DNA of 64,000 nt from Schmidtea polychroa (taxonomy: Eukaryota): NCBI GenBank assembly GCA_044892525.1, contig CM097885.1, positions 49,416,001-49,480,000 of the forward strand, written 5' to 3'. The notes beneath the pieces were generated by a model that was given only the letters and a program-made list of their open reading frames with translations, made no database searches and was not told the DNA's origin. Each line of letters starts with the position of its first letter. Position 1 is the stretch's first letter. Position numbers and translations under genes: made by a program. Shown here piece by piece: positions 51,401-59,894 of the stretch.

Positions 51401-52693
51401 ATGAATAATATAAATCTTAAAATTCAAGAAAAAAATAAATTAAATCTTGATTATAATAAAGAATTTACTCATGAAATCAAGAAAAATGATGTACTTAAAA
51501 TCTCCCCAACTTCAGGATCTATTGCAAACTTAAATCGTAGGGGTGATATAGTTTTTCAATCTCTTCAAACATCAAACCCTATAGATATTTGTAATGCCAA
51601 ATTATATTATAAAATCGAATTAGAAATTGAAGCAAACAAAGATATAACCCTAGAAAATAATTTCTTTCCAAATTTATTCTCCAACATGAGATTAAAACTA
51701 GGATCATCAGAAATTGAAACTGTTTTGCATCCGGGAGTATATTCTACAATGTTAAATTTTATTTTGACTGGTTGTGATTATAAAAACGAATATGGTGAAT
51801 TAACAGGTTGGATTCCTGATGTTAATAAAGGGGATTTAGATAAAGATGGTTTAGATGTAAACCATGGTTACCATAAAAGAGCTGAACTTTATAAATCTAA
51901 AAAATTTGAAGGTTATTTTGAATTAAAACACTTGTTTGGATTCCTTCAAAACTATAATCGTAAACTTCATAATGTTTTTATAGAATTCATCTGTAATAGA
52001 GTAGAAGGTGATAAAAGATTGTTCTATGGAGCTGTAGATACAAAAGCTAAATTAAAATTATCAACACTTGAATTACATATACCTGAATGGACATTAAACC
52101 CACATTCTGAGATTAAACTCCTTGAAAGATTAAATTCCAACAAGTCTATAAATGTAAATTATTTAAATAGAATCTGTAGTGAATTTAGTATGACAGAGGG
52201 TTCAATATATTCTATAAAGGTAGCAAATTTAGCATACCGACCAAGATATATCTTGATTGGATTCAAAGAAGTAGATTCATCTTTCCAAAAAAATAACAAC
52301 TTGTTTATTCAAAAGATTGGAAATGATAATTTAAAAACAATCCAAATTCAATTAAATAGTTCTTATTATCCAATAAATAGAATGGAATTTAATATTGAAA
52401 ATAATGAAAACATATTCCCATATCTAAATTATATTGAAACATGTTATGATTTCAAAGTTGAACCGCAATTAAGTTTAGAAGATTTCAAAAATTTATATTC
52501 TATATTTTGTATAAATGTTTCAGACCAAGATGATCGCCTAGCCATAAATAATGTTGATGTTACACTTCATGTAACAAAGGATTCTAATTTTAAAGCTAAA
52601 GTATATACATTAATATTAGAAGAAAAGAAAATAGAAATGAAATTATATGGTGGAAAGATTTCAATAATCGAAAATGTTAGGGGAGATTCTTGA
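51401..52693 (+). CDS. Major capsid protein (double jelly-roll)
   Basis: 430 aa; LENNFFPNLFS.MRL..EIE..PG, PRYILIGF, YYP and YSIFCINVS follow the Polinton MCP pattern; genomic context agrees. Confidence 0.82.
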   Translation: MNNINLKIQEKNKLNLDYNKEFTHEIKKNDVLKISPTSGSIANLNRRGDIVFQSLQTSNPIDICNAKLYYKIELEIEANKDITLENNFFPNLFSNMRLKLGSSEIETVLHPGVYSTMLNFILTGCDYKNEYGELTGWIPDVNKGDLDKDGLDVNHGYHKRAELYKSKKFEGYFELKHLFGFLQNYNRKLHNVFIEFICNRVEGDKRLFYGAVDTKAKLKLSTLELHIPEWTLNPHSEIKLLERLNSNKSINVNYLNRICSEFSMTEGSIYSIKVANLAYRPRYILIGFKEVDSSFQKNNNLFIQKIGNDNLKTIQIQLNSSYYPINRMEFNIENNENIFPYLNYIETCYDFKVEPQLSLEDFKNLYSIFCINVSDQDDRLAINNVDVTLHVTKDSNFKAKVYTLILEEKKIEMKLYGGKISIIENVRGDS

Positions 52694-52722
52694 TATAATC
52701 CCTGATATTTTAACATTTTAAA

Positions 52723-54121
52723 ATGTCTTTAAATAAATATTGGAGATGTGAAACTTGTAATTGTCAAGTTACAAGACATCATAAAGCAAGCCATCTTAAA
52801 ACTAAAAAAACATACAGTAGGTGACCTAATTCCACGAGCTGGAGGCGATTTGCAATCTTCAAAAACAACATCTTCAATATTAAAACCTTTTACTACAGAA
52901 AAATATCCAGGTGAAAGACATTTATTTAAACACAACTATACTGGACCAGGAACAAGATTAGATGAAAATAATAATCCCAAACAAGGAGAAGAACCAATAA
53001 ATAGAATTGATCAAGCAGCTTTAAAACATGACATTGCATACAATTCAACAAATCTTAGAGATAGACATGTTGCAGATGTGAATTTAATACATGATTTAAA
53101 TAGTATCCAAAATCCATCAACCCAAGAAAAGATTCAAAGAGCTCTAGTTAAATTAGCAATGAAAGGTAAGATTTTCATAGGCTTAGGACACAGTCCGATC
53201 ACCATGGGTGCAAGACTTCCTAGGAAAGCAAAAGATGTTGCTTATAAAAAGATTATCGAACAAGCAGACATTGAAAGATCCCTCGAGAGTACAGCCAAGA
53301 CTAGTTTACAAACCCCAACAGAATCAGAAATAAAATATGCAAAGGAATTACACCATGAATTTAGAAAAAATAAAAAATATTTAAAAGTTCAAGTACATGA
53401 AAAAGATCAAACATGGTCTGCAGATTTAGTCTTTATGCCCAAATCATCAGACCCTGAAAAATATAAAATAATTTTAACTGTAATAGATTTATATACAAGA
53501 TTTGCTTTTGCAAGATGTTTAGAAAATAAAACAGGATATTCTATTACAGAAGCATTTGAAAATATATTTGAAGAAAATCAAAGAATCCCAAAATATTTAT
53601 GGTGTGATAAAGGAACAGAATTTTATAACAAAGTTTTTACAAAGTTTTTAAATGAAAATGATATTAAATTATATTCAACAGAAAACGAAGGAAAAGCAGT
53701 CGTAGTTGAAAGATTAAATAGAACATTAAAAAATAAAATGTGGAAATATTTTACTGCTATTGGAAAACAAAAATGGAACAATGAATTGTTACAAAAGATT
53801 GTAAATGAATATAATAATGATGTACATAGTTCTATAAAATTAACACCTTTAAATGCTTCCATGAAGCCTGAAACCATTAAAGTGGTAAATATTGAAAATG
53901 ATGTTAATGAAAAACCAAAGTTTAAAATTGGTGACCGAGTAAGAATATTTAAATATAAAAATAAATTTGAAAAAGGATTCACAGCAAAATGGACAAATGA
54001 AATTTTTATTATAAATAAAATACATTATACAACTCCAATAACATATAGCATCATTGATTTAAATAATGAAAAAATATTAGGTAGATTTTATAATAATGAG
54101 TTACAGAAAACAGATTTTTAA
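52723..54121 (+). CDS. C2H2 Zn finger + PLA2-like domain + DDE integrase; one extra A at 52804-52810 separates the ATG frame from the long ORF
   Basis: The ATG at 52723 gives MSLNKYWRCETC..HLKTKK(H). The long ORF has NYTGPGT..PINRIDQAALKHDIAY..R..AD, then WSADL, LWCDKGTEF, VVERLNRTLK and PKFKIGDRVRI. Confidence 0.88.
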
Positions 54122-54132
54122 GTCGACAAGCC

Positions 54133-54912
54133 CTAAAACAAACTTTTCCATATTTCAGCTTCTTCTCTATCCAAATAAATATAATTATATTTTTCTTTCC
54201 AATGATTATCAACAAACATATCAAACATATTCTTATCAGGTTCAACATTTGAAAATAAATCATTATAAATCATATTCTTATCACGGCGATCTAATTTAAA
54301 AAATATAAAACAATTGGAATTATTTCTTATTGAATTTTTATCTAAAGCATAATAAGTTTGAGATATATAAATAACATTACAATTATTATGTCTTCCTCTT
54401 GTAAAGTAACTCTTTTGAATCTCTTGATTTTTCATGTTGACAACATCATCAAATATAACTAGATTCTTTTTATCTTTAGGAAGTAAATCACAATGTAAAA
54501 CATCTTCAGGTTTATTAGAGAATAAGATCTGGATTCCATCCCCTATATAATCATTTTTATTACTAATATTTGATTCTAAAATATTTTCCTTATACCAATC
54601 AACCATATCACAAGGATGAAAAACCTCTTCGGGATATGTATGTTGATTTTTAAAAATATCAATTATAGCTTTTTTAGTTAATTTATTTTCAAATCCACAT
54701 TTCAAAAGTTGTAATTCTGGTTGATTTATGGTTGTAGAATAAAAGATTAAATTATTATAATCCAAAAAACCATCTTCTAATAACATTCTCATAAGAAGAA
54801 CATTCTTTCCACATCCAGAAGATCCAATAATTAAGCATCTAAAATTATCAGGAAATACTTTATTATTAAATTTAGATTTATGTCTATTTAAAATTGGTTT
54901 CCAAGTATCCAT
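54133..54912 (-). CDS. FtsK/A32-type packaging ATPase
   Basis: GSSGCGKN Walker A, LVIFDD Walker B, RGRH, YISQ and IRNN. Confidence 0.9.
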   Translation of the reverse strand: MDTWKPILNRHKSKFNNKVFPDNFRCLIIGSSGCGKNVLLMRMLLEDGFLDYNNLIFYSTTINQPELQLLKCGFENKLTKKAIIDIFKNQHTYPEEVFHPCDMVDWYKENILESNISNKNDYIGDGIQILFSNKPEDVLHCDLLPKDKKNLVIFDDVVNMKNQEIQKSYFTRGRHNNCNVIYISQTYYALDKNSIRNNSNCFIFFKLDRRDKNMIYNDLFSNVEPDKNMFDMFVDNHWKEKYNYIYLDREEAEIWKSLF

Positions 54913-54928
54913 TTTTATTTATTATAAA

Positions 54929-55537
54929 ATGACAACACAAAACCCTACAGAGGAATCTTTGCAAGAATTAATAAATTCAAATAAAAATAAATCAGTAGTA
55001 ATCTCTGGTAAAAAATATTTTATTGGAAAACATGTAAAAGAACAAGTTAAAGAACATATAGGGAGTTCCTCCAAATCCGGAGGCATTCTTCCATTAGCTG
55101 CTTTAATACCTGCAATCATTGCTGGTTTATCAGGTGCTGCTGGAATAGCTGGAGGAATTGCAACTACAGTTCAAAAAGCTAAAGAATCTCAAAAGACAGA
55201 CCTAGAAAAAGAAAAACTACAAACTGAAATCGATTCAATGAAGAAGGTAGGGCAAGCTAAAGGGGGAGTGTCCATTGGAAAGGGTCTCTATCTTAATCCA
55301 TATGAGGGGAGTCGGCAAAAGTCTCAGGGCAAAGGTCTCTATCTTGATCCTTATAAAGGTAGAGGTTTAAATGATTTTTTAAAAAATCAAATTTCTACAT
55401 CTGAATCTTTATCTTCAAAAGATAAAGAAGATTTAAAAAAAATATGTAAATCTTTAAAGAATGGATGCCTTTGTAAAACTAAAAATGGTAAAGGATTATA
55501 CTTGAAGCCCTTTCCAACGGATCCTTTACCAAAATGA
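54929..55537 (+). CDS. Putative virion core/membrane-active protein
   Basis: Hydrophobic helix GGILPLAALIPAIIAGLSGAAGIAGG, three GKGLYLxP repeats and one GRGL. Confidence 0.65.
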   Translation: MTTQNPTEESLQELINSNKNKSVVISGKKYFIGKHVKEQVKEHIGSSSKSGGILPLAALIPAIIAGLSGAAGIAGGIATTVQKAKESQKTDLEKEKLQTEIDSMKKVGQAKGGVSIGKGLYLNPYEGSRQKSQGKGLYLDPYKGRGLNDFLKNQISTSESLSSKDKEDLKKICKSLKNGCLCKTKNGKGLYLKPFPTDPLPK

Positions 55538-55559
55538 TACCATTTTTAATACCATTAAA

Positions 55560-56357
55560 ATGGTATATGAAGAAAGATTAGCACTTTTAAAAAAATTACA
55601 ATCAGAACAAGATAAATATAATAAAAAAGATACAACTCAACACGCTGAATCTATAATATTAAATGAGGTAATCCAACAACAACAAGGACCAACAATTAAA
55701 GCCATAAAAGAGTTAGAAGTTTTAAAATTTAAAGAGTTGGAAGATAAACAAGATTTAAAAGAATTACCATGGTTGGAAGATTTAAATATAAAACCTCTTA
55801 TACTTGATCCTAAAATTAATGTGAGTTTAAGTAAAACAATTAAACCTACATTTAATATTAATGTTGAAGGATATCAAATAATAACAATTAATAAACATGA
55901 CTTTCTGTTATATTTAAATTCAGAAAATAAATCACGTATTCATTCACAAAATGTTTATAATACTAAACACCTAGATTTTGAATTTACAGATGATTTTTAT
56001 GGATTAGTTTGTGGATATCCCTCAGAGAATGTTGATCTTCTAGAAATTAAAAAATATTTAAATTTAATAGAATTAGTACATGGTAGTGCTAAAGCAAAAC
56101 ATATTCAAGATTTAAAGAAATATTTAAATAAAAATGAAAGGGGTTATATTGTCACAGAAGGAGAGGGCCAGGGTCAGGGCCAGGGAAAGGGTAAGGAGAT
56201 AAACCCAATCAATCTTTTTATTGAATTAAGAAAACTATTAGCAGCTAAAAAAGCAGGACATAATAATTTAGATTCTGATATTTTAAAGATTTCTAAAGAA
56301 TTATTAAAACAAGGAATAATTTCAAAAGATAAATTTAATAAGTATACGAAGTTATAA
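55560..56357 (+). CDS. Uncharacterised Polinton protein
   Basis: 265-aa intact ORF with a GQGQG linker and C-terminal LLAAKKAGHNN. Confidence 0.65.
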   Translation: MVYEERLALLKKLQSEQDKYNKKDTTQHAESIILNEVIQQQQGPTIKAIKELEVLKFKELEDKQDLKELPWLEDLNIKPLILDPKINVSLSKTIKPTFNINVEGYQIITINKHDFLLYLNSENKSRIHSQNVYNTKHLDFEFTDDFYGLVCGYPSENVDLLEIKKYLNLIELVHGSAKAKHIQDLKKYLNKNERGYIVTEGEGQGQGQGKGKEINPINLFIELRKLLAAKKAGHNNLDSDILKISKELLKQGIISKDKFNKYTKL

Positions 56358-56365
56358 AATATAAA

Positions 56366-56797
56366 ATGACTCCTTCAATATTAGATTTTTTAAAAACATT
56401 TGGAATAAATACAAAAACAAATTTTGATTTAAAAGATTATGCAGATTATTTAAATTTAAAAATAAAAATATTAATGAATGATGAATTGTCGAGTCTGAAA
56501 GAAGACACTCCAAAGAATATCATTATAAATTATCAAAATTCAAATGAAAAAGGATCTCATTGGGTTTGTATATATAATAAATCTATATACTTTGATTCTT
56601 TTGGGATTAAACCCACTAAAGAAGTTGAAGACTATCTCTCGGACTACACTTTTAATTCTTTACAAGTTCAACCTAATAATACTAAAATATGTGGTATTTT
56701 AAGCTTATATGTTTTGTATAGATTGAATAAATCCAAAGGAGAAGGTTTCACTTCCTTAATCCAAGAAATTTATAATGATTTAAAATCTCTACTATGA
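56366..56797 (+). CDS. Adenain-like maturation cysteine protease
   Basis: IINY..GSHWV, YFDSFG and QVQ....ICG. Confidence 0.9.
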   Translation: MTPSILDFLKTFGINTKTNFDLKDYADYLNLKIKILMNDELSSLKEDTPKNIIINYQNSNEKGSHWVCIYNKSIYFDSFGIKPTKEVEDYLSDYTFNSLQVQPNNTKICGILSLYVLYRLNKSKGEGFTSLIQEIYNDLKSLL

Positions 56798-57564
56798 AAA
56801 TGGAGCTTCGCAACCCTCCAGAAGATAATTTTAAAAAAATGGTAAACATAATGTCAGATAAATATTCAAGAACTTTATCTATAAATTCAAAAGAATCAGA
56901 CTTTACTATAAACTTTCAAGATTCAATTAAATTAGATCAAAATTTAAATTATGAATTAGGACTATTATGGTTTTGTGCTTATAATACTATTTTTAATATA
57001 ACTAAAGATAATAACATATTTTATTATATAAGCCCAAAATCTACAGATAAGATTATAATAACAATCGAACCCGGAGCTTATGAGATAAAAGATTTAAATA
57101 ATATACTTTCTAAAAAAACAAATGGAGTCATTAAAATTAAAATGGATTTACCAACTTCAAAATGTATAATGACTTTAGAGAATATAGGAATTCATTTTCA
57201 AAATAATAGTTTCTTTAGAACAATTTTAGGATTTACACGAAACCATTATATCACACCTGTAGTTGAGAATATAACATCAGAAAATATTATAAAAATAATA
57301 AATACAAACACAATAAATATTCATTGTGATTGTATAACAGGTTCTTATAATAATGGTAAACAAACAAATGTTTTATATTCCTTTCCCTCAAACACAGTTC
57401 CTATGGGATATAAAATAGTTGAAAGAATGAATCCTCCAAATTATTTACCTTTATGTAGAAAATATATAATGGATATTAATTTTAAAATTCTTAATCAAGA
57501 AGGAGAATTGATTGATTTTAATGGAGAAGAGATTTCAATGTATTTACATTTGAAACAGGTTTGA
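56794..57564 (+). CDS. Minor capsid (penton) protein
   Basis: IFNIT..NN, PGAYEI, ILGF, INIHCDCITGSY.NG, GYKI.E...YLP, LNQEG..IDFNGE and LHLK. Confidence 0.85.
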   Translation: MKMELRNPPEDNFKKMVNIMSDKYSRTLSINSKESDFTINFQDSIKLDQNLNYELGLLWFCAYNTIFNITKDNNIFYYISPKSTDKIIITIEPGAYEIKDLNNILSKKTNGVIKIKMDLPTSKCIMTLENIGIHFQNNSFFRTILGFTRNHYITPVVENITSENIIKIINTNTINIHCDCITGSYNNGKQTNVLYSFPSNTVPMGYKIVERMNPPNYLPLCRKYIMDINFKILNQEGELIDFNGEEISMYLHLKQV

Positions 57565-57601
57565 ATACGAAGTTCCACATGTCATTTTAAATTATTAATA
57601 A

Positions 57602-58612
57602 ATGAGTTCTTATATTCCATGTAATAGAGGTGGTGGAACAATAAAAACAGGGTTTAATACAGAAGAAATATTAACTTTAACAGAAAATAAATATATTAAT
57701 GAAAGAGGTGATTCAATGAAGGGTGATTTAATTTTAAATGGACACAAGATAAAAGAATTATCTTTTCCAACTGATGAAGCTGATGCAGTTAATAAGAAAT
57801 ATGTAGATGGTGTTAAAAAATATACTGATTTAACAACAACAAGAATTGAAAGTTCATTAACAACAAAAATTGATTCAATGGAATCAAAGCTTAATAATAT
57901 CGAACAACGATTTAATGATAAATTTGACAAGTTACAAAGTCTGTTAACTGAACAAGTTGTAAAGTTAAATACTGCTATATTAAATTCTAAAGATAAACAA
58001 ATTATGAATACTAAATTTAATACAATATATAAAATAATAAATGAGATGATTACATCATTTAATAAAAGAATTTCAAATTTAGAGTCTCATGGAACACACA
58101 TTAACACCACACATAGTATTAGAAAAAGAGCTGCTGAATTAGAACAGAATAAAACATTATTACCCCATACATATAAACATTTTATAGAACCAAGTTTAAT
58201 AACAACAAACAGTAAAGAATGGGGTGTTTTTATGGTTGTAAAAATTATTGATCCTTATTTCTTTTTGTTTGATGATGATAATGAAAGAATGAAATGGTTT
58301 GTGAAATGTGATTATAATAGTAAGCTTGAAAAGGGTGATGTTATAATGACTAGTTATGATTTACCACACGGAGATTGGTATGTTAATACTCATTCACATG
58401 GACTACATAAAGTTAAAAGTAAGAATATTCATTTTTCTAGTTCACTTGTACAATATATAGATTTAATATTTTATGAAAAAAAGGTTGATGTTGATGAAGT
58501 TCGTAAAGCATTGAGAGAATTGTATAAAGATATCCTCTCAACAAGAGTTTCTTTTGATATCCGAGTATTGGTGCCAGATGGTGCTCAGAAGAATAAAGTC
58601 TTATTTTTTTAA
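57602..58612 (+). CDS. Putative fibre/spike-like protein
   Basis: GDSMKGDLILNGHKIKELSFPTDEADAVNKKYVD (tail-fibre/adhesin neck-like motif), a long coiled coil and an aromatic C-terminal domain; follows the penton gene. Confidence 0.55.
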   Translation: MSSYIPCNRGGGTIKTGFNTEEILTLTENKYINERGDSMKGDLILNGHKIKELSFPTDEADAVNKKYVDGVKKYTDLTTTRIESSLTTKIDSMESKLNNIEQRFNDKFDKLQSLLTEQVVKLNTAILNSKDKQIMNTKFNTIYKIINEMITSFNKRISNLESHGTHINTTHSIRKRAAELEQNKTLLPHTYKHFIEPSLITTNSKEWGVFMVVKIIDPYFFLFDDDNERMKWFVKCDYNSKLEKGDVIMTSYDLPHGDWYVNTHSHGLHKVKSKNIHFSSSLVQYIDLIFYEKKVDVDEVRKALRELYKDILSTRVSFDIRVLVPDGAQKNKVLFF

Positions 58613-58620
58613 TTATTAAA

Positions 58621-59226
58621 ATGGAAGAAGTAAGAGAAGAAAAAATTTACCCAGAATTGAGATCATCAGGATATTATTCCGAAGGTCACAAAGGTTCCAA
58701 GGCCTCGGCTCCCACAGAACTTGAAATTATGAGAGTAAAAGAATTTAAATCAGAAACCTTACATTTACAAGATTTATTAAAGCATTATAAAAAAATTAAA
58801 AATAGATGGAATAAAGGGAATACAGTTTTAAAAGTTATAGGTTATTCTTTAGGATTTGCATCTGCAATATTAACAGTTATTTTACCCATAACTTTACCAG
58901 TTGTTACTCTTGCACCTATAATACTTGGAAGTATTTCTGTGGCTGATGGTTTCTTAACTGAAATAGTTTCATTATCTTATACTTCTAAAAAGAAAAGTTT
59001 ATATAGAGAAGTTTGTTTATCAATAGAATTAGGAATCTCTAAATTATTTTTATTTCAATTAAAAGCTTTGGAAGATGGAATCTTAACTGATGATGAAATA
59101 ATGAAATCAAATCAAATAATACAAGATATTAAAAATGAGGTTATAAGATTAAAAAGTGCTAATGTTATAAGTAATGAATATTCTAAAAAAATTAAACGAG
59201 AGAAGTGGCTAAAGAATCATACATAA
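58621..59226 (+). CDS. Two-TM membrane protein of unknown function
   Basis: 201 aa with the central hydrophobic hairpin VIGYSLGFASAILTVILPITLPVVTLAPIILGSISVA. Confidence 0.7.
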   Translation: MEEVREEKIYPELRSSGYYSEGHKGSKASAPTELEIMRVKEFKSETLHLQDLLKHYKKIKNRWNKGNTVLKVIGYSLGFASAILTVILPITLPVVTLAPIILGSISVADGFLTEIVSLSYTSKKKSLYREVCLSIELGISKLFLFQLKALEDGILTDDEIMKSNQIIQDIKNEVIRLKSANVISNEYSKKIKREKWLKNHT

Positions 59227-59270
59227 AAAAATTTATTGCCCTTCAAAAGGTTGATGTTGTCACTCTTAAA

Positions 59271-59870
59271 TTAATTGTTGACATTTTTAAAAGAAAAAAT
59301 TAATTTGATAGAATCTGATGTTAACTTTTCGAATTTAATTTTTAGAACCTCTTTATGATCTTTAAATTCTTTATCACTTAGACCTTTTATATATTCAGGA
59401 TCAGTATTAAAATATTTAAGTTCCATACGTATAGGATTTAAAACTTGAGAATATAAAGGCTTCTCGATTTCTCTCTCGGGATAAATGATTTCAACATTAT
59501 AAATATCAAGATCAGTAATCTTTGTATCATATAACTTATTCAAACTAGCAAGATTTTTTATTATAGGGATTAAATTATTTCCTATAGGAAGAGTTGTCTT
59601 TAAATCACTTAGTATGAATCTTTTATCATCATAATTTGATAATGATACTTTTTGAGATTCTATCAAGTGAATATCATGGTTTTCACTTTTAAGTTGATGT
59701 ATTTCATCAATTTTATCTTTATGATTTGGATTCAATGTATCTATATAATCTTGATGAGAAAGATTCTTTGCCACCACTCTCTGTATTCCTTTACATCTGT
59801 TATCCTTTAAATTAGTAATATTTTTTATAATTTCAAAAATGTTATTTTCTTGATTTTTAGTTTCCATCAT
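59271..59870 (-). CDS. Stand-alone diverged copy of the pPolB C-terminal region
   Basis: KGIQ..SHQDY..SENH..NYDDKRFILSDLKTTLPIGN..ELKYFNTDPEYI matches the end of the adjacent polB; it has its own ATG and an open frame. Confidence 0.8.
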   Translation of the reverse strand: MMETKNQENNIFEIIKNITNLKDNRCKGIQRVVAKNLSHQDYIDTLNPNHKDKIDEIHQLKSENHDIHLIESQKVSLSNYDDKRFILSDLKTTLPIGNNLIPIIKNLASLNKLYDTKITDLDIYNVEIIYPEREIEKPLYSQVLNPIRMELKYFNTDPEYIKGLSDKEFKDHKEVLKIKFEKLTSDSIKLIFSFKNVNN

Positions 59871-59894
59871 TTTATAGTGTTAAAATTCTAATTC

